Source: Vicugna vicugna (Eukaryota). From it: a stretch of DNA of 64,000 nt. The notes under the pieces were generated by a model. That model saw nothing but the letters and a program-made list of their open reading frames with translations. It was not told where the DNA came from and did not search any database. The translations under genes were made by a program, and so were the position numbers. The stretch lies in the NCBI GenBank assembly GCA_013265495.1, contig MU060707.1, positions 2,023,247-2,087,246 of the forward strand, read 5' to 3'. Below, piece by piece: positions 57,014 through 64,000 of this stretch (positions within the stretch are counted from its first letter, which is position 1; every line of letters starts with the position of its first letter).

Positions 57014-60000
57014 CCACACACGGCCCTGTGAAAAAGGCGGCGCGGGTTGCTCTTCGCGTTAGAATGATCCAGGGAGCCGGTGGGTGAGGTTGGGTGGTTT
57101 GTCAGGGAATGGACGGGTGGGCTGCTGAAGGATGTTTTTTGCTGAAGTTTTGGGGCCGCTGAAGGCAGCAGCGTTTTTTTTCCTGCCTGTGTTTTCGTAG
57201 TGGGCGTTCCCGGGCTGCCAGCCTTGGCCGAGCTGGGCGCCTGCTGTTTGCAGAAGCTGTGAGGCGCCCGTTGGGTTTTGCAAACATAGGGGAGTGCTTT
57301 TCTTGCTCTTTTTTGAAGTGTGACTAATTGGAAATTACCCTTCCTCGAAAAAAGCTGCTGGCAGCAGGAACTTTTAGGGGCCTCGCTCGACCCCAGCTCT
57401 CTCAAAACTTCCTTTTAGAAAGCTGAGAAGCCAAGAAGAGCAAAGGGGGTGGGGGGAGTGGAGGTTCTAAGAAAACTAGGGCTCGCTTCCTAACGAGGAA
57501 AGCAGAAGGAAAAGGGAACTTCTCTTGTAAGATAAAGGCAGCTGCTCCTTGCAAGGGGAAAGCTAGGGCTCTGAGTGTTAGCTGGAACCTCACCTTTCTG
57601 CGGGGGTGCTGTCTTTCTCTCTGAGGTGGAGAGGGGGAAGGGGGGAATACAGGAACGTACAAAGCACCTGAAGCCCAAACTAGAAAACCGTGGAGTGACC
57701 CTTGACTTTAAATCTCTAACCTTCTGGGAAAGTTTCTTGGTTCTATTTTCAAACGCACCTCTTGTGTCCTTAACCTAGAAATACTGCAGGGCCCTGAAGA
57801 CGCACCTGGGTTAACACAGGTGTTTCCTATCTGGTCTGGCTCATACACCTACCCTCCCCCACCTTCACCTAGATCTGCTCTCCAGATTGCACCCTGTTCC
57901 TTTTAAGTCGAAAAGCAAATCTTTTCCTCAGCTTAAAACCTACAGGAGCCCCAAGTCTCGAAGTCCAAGTTAAAGTCAGTAAGATGGCCCGCTGGGCCCT
58001 GTGTGATGGGTCTCAGGGTTACGTGAGGCTCCGTCTTACCCTCCTCTGCCTTCAGCTGTCCTTGCCCGCTTGCTTTCTGCAGCACACTGGCTTCCCTGGT
58101 GCTCCAGGAATTCCCCCAGCTTGCTCTTGCTCCCAAGGCCTCTGTGACATCTCTTCACTGCCTCCAAGTACTCTTCAAAAGTACTTCTGGGCTCGTCACT
58201 TCTTTAATGAAAGTCACGTACCCTGACCACCTTATTTTCAAACACAACCTCCTAGGCCTTTCCTGATACTGCAGCTTTTCTGTTTTTGTCTGGAGTGTGT
58301 CCCTGGCACGTGGTAAATGCTGAAATGGGTGACCCCGTGCCCCACGTGCACTCCCCCATCAAACAATGTAGTTCTGTGACGTCTAAGGGACCCTCGAAAT
58401 GTTAAGTCTTTGTTCATAAGGGTGAAATTTCTAAAGCAGAAATGCAAAACAAGCTGTCTACAAGTGGTGGCTGTAATTCTGAGAAACCAGGATTTGGTTA
58501 TTGACCTTAATGGGACTAGGATTAGATGCAGGTGTGACAATTTACGTTCACCCCTAAGGCGTTTATGTAACGGAGGGACCAACACGCTATTGCAAGCTAA
58601 TAACCCTCGTGTGTGCGTGAAGCCTTAGACTCACTGGAGACTGAAGTTACTTAAAACTAAGTCCCAAACCCCTGGCAGAGTGCTAGGCTCTGGCTCTTAG
58701 TTTAGGAGGAAGTCATGTTGGTTTGGGGGTGGGGACACTGCTGTTGGCTCTAAAAATCATAGCACTTCTATAGACAAGTGACTTGGCAGGAAGTTGTGGG
58801 GGTTGGAAGGAGAGGGATGCGGGGCGGGGGTCCTTCCCTGGGTTGTCTCGGGGTGGTCCCAGCCGTAAGGGCTCAGTGATGCTTGAGTGGTATCAGCTGT
58901 GGCTAGTGTGTTTCCAGCTCCTCGGGTTCTCTTACTCCCCACCCACGCCTTTGTACAACCGCCTAACATGTGCCCCCCGTCTATGTTGGGGACCCTGAAA
59001 AGACTGTTCCGCAGTGAACACTAATGTCTGTCAGCCCAGCCACTTCTGAGCCCCTTACTTCTGTAACTGCCTCCTGGCACCTCTGGAATGTCCCAGAGAT
59101 GCCCATTGAGACCACCCAAAGCCCGAATGAGACCAAACAGTTTCTTTCCTCCCCTCTGTAAGATTGCTCCTCTGGGATGTCCTTCCTACAGTGACCCCAT
59201 TTCTCTAACTGCCAGAAACCTCACTCACCCATCCTCGCCCACATTCAATCCTTCAAATATAGTCTCTTTGAATGCCCACATCTCTGGAATCTCACTGTCC
59301 CACACCCTGGGCCTCTATCAAGGTAGAGCCCAACATCCCCCCCAGGCCTGTAAGGCCCGGGGCACCCAGACCCAGCCTGGCTCTCAAGCTGCCGTTTCCC
59401 TGGGTCGTTCTGCTTGGGCCAGTAGGGATGCCACCAGGGCCTTCGAGCTCTGTCTCTCTGCCGTGCCTGCCTTGGGGCTTCTGTACCTGTTTCCTGGCCC
59501 TCCCTGACACCCCAGTTCAAGGCCAGTCCATTCAACTGAATTCGGACACTAAGTTTAGGCAATACTTAACCTAGCAGGCGTAGCATCAAGTGTTAATCCA
59601 ATTTGCCAACCCTGCTCCGTTGTAAACATCACAACAGGAACCATGTTTTTCCAATGCTTAGTGAAGGGCCCACTAGACAAGTGCAACGAATCTGCTGGCC
59701 TGCATCCCAGACGGAATGAGTATCACCTGAATTTGCGCTGAATTCCGAATTGTGTAAAATAGTGTCTCTTTAAAACACACTTCTTGGGGCAACTCCTTAA
59801 ATCTTGAGGAAAATTCCTGGGCTGGTTTTGGGTAAACTGGTTGCAGCTAGTGAATTGGGTAACTCGGAGGAAATCTTTAGAATCCCTCTAGGTGTGTGTG
59901 TTTCAGAAGCCTTCACCTCTCGGTTCTGCCAAGGGCTCAAGAAGTGCAGCTCTGTGGGAATCCGCCTCATCCCAAGCGTGCTTAGCCTCAGAGCCCTTGT

Positions 60001-60496
60001 TTCCTCCTCCATAAACTGGGGACGTAGCCAGGAGACGTGTGAGGCTGCTGTCTCGGCACCTTCGGGGAGGACAGAAAGGAGCGACGGGGCAGGTGTTCTG
60101 AACTTCCCACTTGCTCACTTTCAACCCTTGTGTTCTCAAGTCCAGGCTCCAGAAAGGGGTCTCTCCTGTTTGAGTGCATCAGGCCCCTGCCAAAGTGCTC
60201 TGTGCCAGGTACTGGCATGAGCAACAGGGAACGCGGTGGGCGCTACTCCCTCCAGGAGCTCAGGCTTGGACGAGTTCGCCTCCTGGGAAGGAATGCCGGG
60301 ATGCCCTGTACAGTGGGGGGACCTCCCATCACTGGCCCTGCCCCCTGAGAATCTTGTCTTTTTTGGGTCCTCTGAGGCTTGTAAACAGGCTCAGGGTAAG
60401 CCACGCCCAAGAAGCAGCTCTAAAGTGTCCAGAGAAATTGCCTCTCCAGCTCTCCTAGCTCAACCTAGCCTTACTGCCCTCACCTCCAGTCTGAAC

Positions 60497-60715
60497 AGAC
60501 CCTCACTTCCAAATTCCCAGAAAATCTAGCCCAGGTGGGATTAAGGGTTCCTTTGATGCCAAACCAGTTTCATTCGCCTGATGAGCACAGCAAGCTAGAG
60601 AAGACCCTGACTTCCAAATTCCCAGAAAATCTAGCTCAGGCAGGATCAAGGGTCCCTCTCCCAAATCAGTTTCATTTGCCTGATGGGCACAGCAAGCTAA
60701 AGGCTGAGACCCTGA
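60497..60715. repeat. Diverged 105-bp tandem duplication (two units plus the start of a third)
   Basis: agaccct(c/g)acttccaaattcccagaaaatctagc starts at 60497 and 60602; agaccctga recurs at 60707. Confidence 0.9.
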
Positions 60716-60847
60716 GGTTTGCTGCAGAGAAAAGGCATGTGAGGCAGCTAGCAAGACAGGAGAGCAAACCTCAGATCTGAGTAGTGGAAGGCAAGGGGCT
60801 TGGGATATTGATGGGTGAAGATTTGGAGGTGCAGGGGAAGGTGCTAG

Positions 60848-61131
60848 TGTTGCTGGTGACTAGGTTCTTGTCCCATTGCAGAAAGAATTCAGAGAACTCA
60901 AGGGAAGAGTGGGCAGGCTCAGGTGAGCAGCTGCCCCGAGTTTCTTTGGCAAGTCAGTTAGGGTGTAAAAATTAATGGGCAGAATATTCATTAGGGAGGG
61001 AAGGATTTGGGGCCCTGCTTTTGTGTAGGGTTTCCTGCATTCGGCCCGTGCCCCTCCTTTTTGACCAATTCCTGCCTTTGGCCTGCATCCCCCTTTCTCT
61101 GCTCATGTCGAGCTATCTGCCTGCTGTAACA
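60848..61131 (-). mobile_element. Solo ERV LTR (ERV1-like), short 284-bp variant of the 7479-8120 family
   Basis: Minus strand TGTTACAGCAGG...CCAGCAACA; 4-bp flanks CTAG/CTGG. Confidence 0.85.
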
Positions 61132-61882
61132 CTGGGAGTCAGGGAAAGGTGAGGTAATCACTGCTCTGCGCACATATCTGAGTTCAACTTCATAGGACGC
61201 GCGTTTAGAAAACGCCAGCTTTAGCATGATCCGAGGATGGAGTTTTTGGCCTCCCAAGTCTGTCTTCACTCCAGTCTGGTCAGCACTTCGGTCATCCTTG
61301 GCCGTTGCAGACACGGAAATTCTCCATCTCCGTGCACTAAGCACAGGGTCTATCCAAGCCCCAATCCTGCGGAGCTGGCTTGAGCTCCGAATCCAAATAA
61401 CTGAGGATCTCTAGGTGCCACAGCTTTCGAGAAATCCATCCTGGCTTCTGACAACACCTGCTCTGGACCAGTGCACCTGACTCCCTGGGGCATCACTGCT
61501 GGCGCTTCCAAACCCACTCCCTGCTACACTGGTCTTCTCGCTAGTCCTCCTCAAATGTGAAGAGGCCAAGTTCCTGTACCCAAAGCACAGGAAACAGGAA
61601 GCAGAGTTTTTAACCTGTAGAACTCTTGCCTTTTCATGTCCATAGGAGAGGGACCTGGGTGAGCTGGAGAGTTTCTCTGTCCTCAGGTCAGGGAGGAGCG
61701 ATCTAACCAGTAGATCAGTCTAGGGAACTGGCCAGCCGTAGTCTGACCCTTGGGTTCTGCTTGCATGCTGAGAACAGGTGTTCTCTGCCCTCTTCAGATG
61801 GTCGGGTATTTCCACCTGGATGTTCCCATCCCTAGAGCAAGGGGTGTGCTGTCCAGGTCTGCGCGGGGCTGGGAAGGTAGGC

Positions 61883-62300
61883 TGGTGTGCTGGGCTGCTG
61901 TAACAGGGTACCACAAGCTGAATGACTTAAACAGTTCTCGAGTCTGGGAGGCTGAAGTCTGAGATCAAGGCAGTGGGACTGAGTTGATTCCTTCTGAAGG
62001 GTGTGAGGAAGAATCCGCTCCTGCCCCTCTCCCAGCTTCCGGGGGCTTCCTGGCCATCACTGGCTTGTGGAAGCATCGCTCTGATCTCTGCCTTCATGTT
62101 TGCATGGCGTTTCCCTGAGTGTCTGTACCAATTTCTTCCTGAAGAACATCATTTATACTAGATGAAGGTGCACTTGATTCCGCTATGACCTCATGCTGAC
62201 TGACTACAGCTGCAATAGCCATATTTCCAAATCATCTTATCCTAAGGTACTGTGGTTAGGACCTGAATGTGACTGGGGTCGCCCAGGTCAACCCCTAACA
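61883..62300 (-). mobile_element. MaLR LTR (MLT1C-like)
   Basis: gggctgctgtaacagggtaccacaag...gaagtctgagatcaagg...tatttccaaat...tcaacccctaaca. Confidence 0.85.
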
Positions 62301-63379
62301 GCAGGTGAGACTGGGCCTGCCCGTCTGTCATCCTCCTTCCCAAGCCCAGAGCCCTAATCCCTGGCCACTGAGCCCTCTTGGAGGGAAAGGACACACGATG
62401 TTGGAGTTGCAGACGCCCACTGACAGTGAAGGTAGCATTTACTCTATAGGTTTACCACCCATTCTGGAATACTCGACTTTGGGGCAAACTCCCAACCAGG
62501 GTACCGACTGAGGCCAGGTGCCCTGCCAAGGTGTCCTCAAAGACATGATTGCAAAGGTTACTCCCCAGCCCACTCCCAGGTCTGACTTCCATTTGAAAAC
62601 TCTCAAATACAGCTTAGAACGAATAGCAGCCTTTAAAACAGCCACTGGAACATTTGTCATATCCGGGGCTGCACAGTGTCTTGTGCTGCCTGTGCGGTTG
62701 TGGGCTCAGTTCCTCAGCCTGGCGGGCGTGGCTGTGAAGTTCTTCCATGTCCATGTGCAGGTGGAGGGTGGCAGGGGCCACAGACGGCTCTGCCTCAGTG
62801 CCCCCGGCTTGGGTCTGGGCCTGGGGAAGGCCCAGGCTCCTTGTCCCTGGTTGGGGAGGGGAGCGCGAGTCCCTACCAGTGGCACTGTTGGGACTGAATA
62901 GTAAGACCTCTGTATGCAGACAGCTTGAACCCTGTTGCGAGGTTGTCAAGTCAATAGATCCAAAGGGATTGCAGAAAGTGAGGCTGGAGAGAAGTCAGAC
63001 TCTGAGGTCAAAGTTAATGGACCAGGTAGCACCACTAATGTACATCTGGGAGGGGTTGGCATCTGGTTTCAATTTCGAACGAGGCTTGCTGTCTCCTCCA
63101 GGCATGTCTGTTCCATTGAAGCCCCATGTATCTTTGGGCTGTGGTTCTTAAGAGGTTGGTGCATTTGTGTCCCTATAAGATTGCCAAAATTGAAGAATCT
63201 GTAGATCTCCATTGTGATGTGCACAGTGGAGATCTACAGATACGTGGGGGAGAGTGTGGGTCCTTGAGAAACTTAACCCCGTGGGATGGAGACACAGGTC
63301 AGGCAGCATGACTGCTGCACACTCAGCATCTGCCTGGCATGTTGTGGATGTTGAAGAGAATGATTCTCAATGACTGCAC

Positions 63380-63680
63380 CACTGGAAACCAACAGGAAGA
63401 GGTCACTTAACTCCAAAAGGGGTGGAATCAAGGGAAATACAATGTTGTTCCTGATAACATCTAAAACTTGGGAAGTTGTGAGCACTTTTCATCCCAGGCC
63501 GGGCCACTGCATAGGTGGCCATTGGATGATGCCACTTTTCTGTGTCACAATAATTCAGTACTGGTTCACAAAAGGAACCAATTCTCTTTATGGCTATTTC
63601 AACCCTCCCTTGGGTTCCCCACCCCCACCACTGCACTATGTAGTATCAAAATACTAGAGTATCGTCCTTGACCATGGGTG
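63380..63680 (+). mobile_element. Very degenerate ERVL reverse-transcriptase-like remnant
   Basis: VHKRNQFS and GYFNPP in adjacent frames loosely resemble HERV-L RT VHK..QKQFAF...QGYINSP. Confidence 0.4.
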
Positions 63681-64000
63681 GTATTAAGCCAACATATCTG
63701 GATGTTTCAGAAAACAAAATGTGGACTATGTCAAGTCATAGAATCATGCTTAGTTGAAAGACACGTGAGTCCACTGCTATAATGATGTGCATTGAAGTTA
63801 GACACACGGAGAATACTCCTGGGCCTGGTGCACACTAGGTTTTCTATCTTTATAAAACTTGAGTGCATTGTAGGAAAGAAACATAGTCCTGCTCAGACGC
63901 AGTTGTTAGAAATGCATAACTTGGAGAATAGAAGCATCTTGTGTGTCACGGAGCTGGAGGTGTTACAGAAATGTGGGCATGAGGTCCCTCACTTTCCTAA

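Larger units (their letters stand above)
56200..57080. promoter_or_regulatory. CpG island / WDR1 promoter covering intron 1, exon 1 and upstream DNA
   Basis: Very high GC and CpG density, multiple GC boxes, overlaps the WDR1 start codon. Confidence 0.92.

Noticed and set aside
56297-57405. Cluster of long Arg/Pro/Gly/Ala-rich ORFs on both strands
   Set aside because: Stop-codon depletion in the CpG island. The open frame through the 5' UTR has no upstream in-frame ATG, so an N-terminal extension is unsupported.
1-64000. CRISPR array, rRNA, prokaryotic operon or other hidden multi-gene system
   Set aside because: The sequence is mammalian. I saw no spaced direct-repeat array, rRNA-like segment, foreign-composition insert or second protein-coding gene.

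Overview
Mammalian genomic DNA, most likely camelid: it carries three tRNA-derived Vic-1-like SINEs and a camelid-style L1 3' end, and I saw no Alu, Bov or PRE SINEs. The window holds one complete protein-coding gene, WDR1 (AIP1, the cofilin co-factor), on the minus strand. I traced all 15 coding exons by hand (ATG at 56637 to TGA at 16874; 1821 nt = 606 aa plus stop). It has a CpG-island promoter near 56.2-57.1 kb and a roughly 0.9-kb 3' UTR with three poly(A) signals. The rest is intron and intergenic DNA with ancient repeats (MIR, L2, L1, MLT1, MER20, MER5, Charlie1, ERVL) and lineage-level insertions. Best observations: (1) intron 9 is a U12-type AT-AC minor intron with a textbook donor and branch point; (2) an 18-bp near-palindrome at the promoter contains an overlapping CArG-like/TATA-like core; (3) two solo LTRs of one family bracket the whole gene in inverted orientation; (4) exons 3-5 form an in-frame skippable block; (5) a 45-nt near-perfect hairpin, a 105-bp tandem duplication and a (CG)7(CA)7 Z-DNA candidate. 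I found no previously unknown gene or multi-gene system. Nearly all ORFs in the supplied track are GC-rich non-coding artefacts. Repeat family names come from recalled consensus sequences, not a database search, and repeat boundaries are approximate unless termini are quoted.
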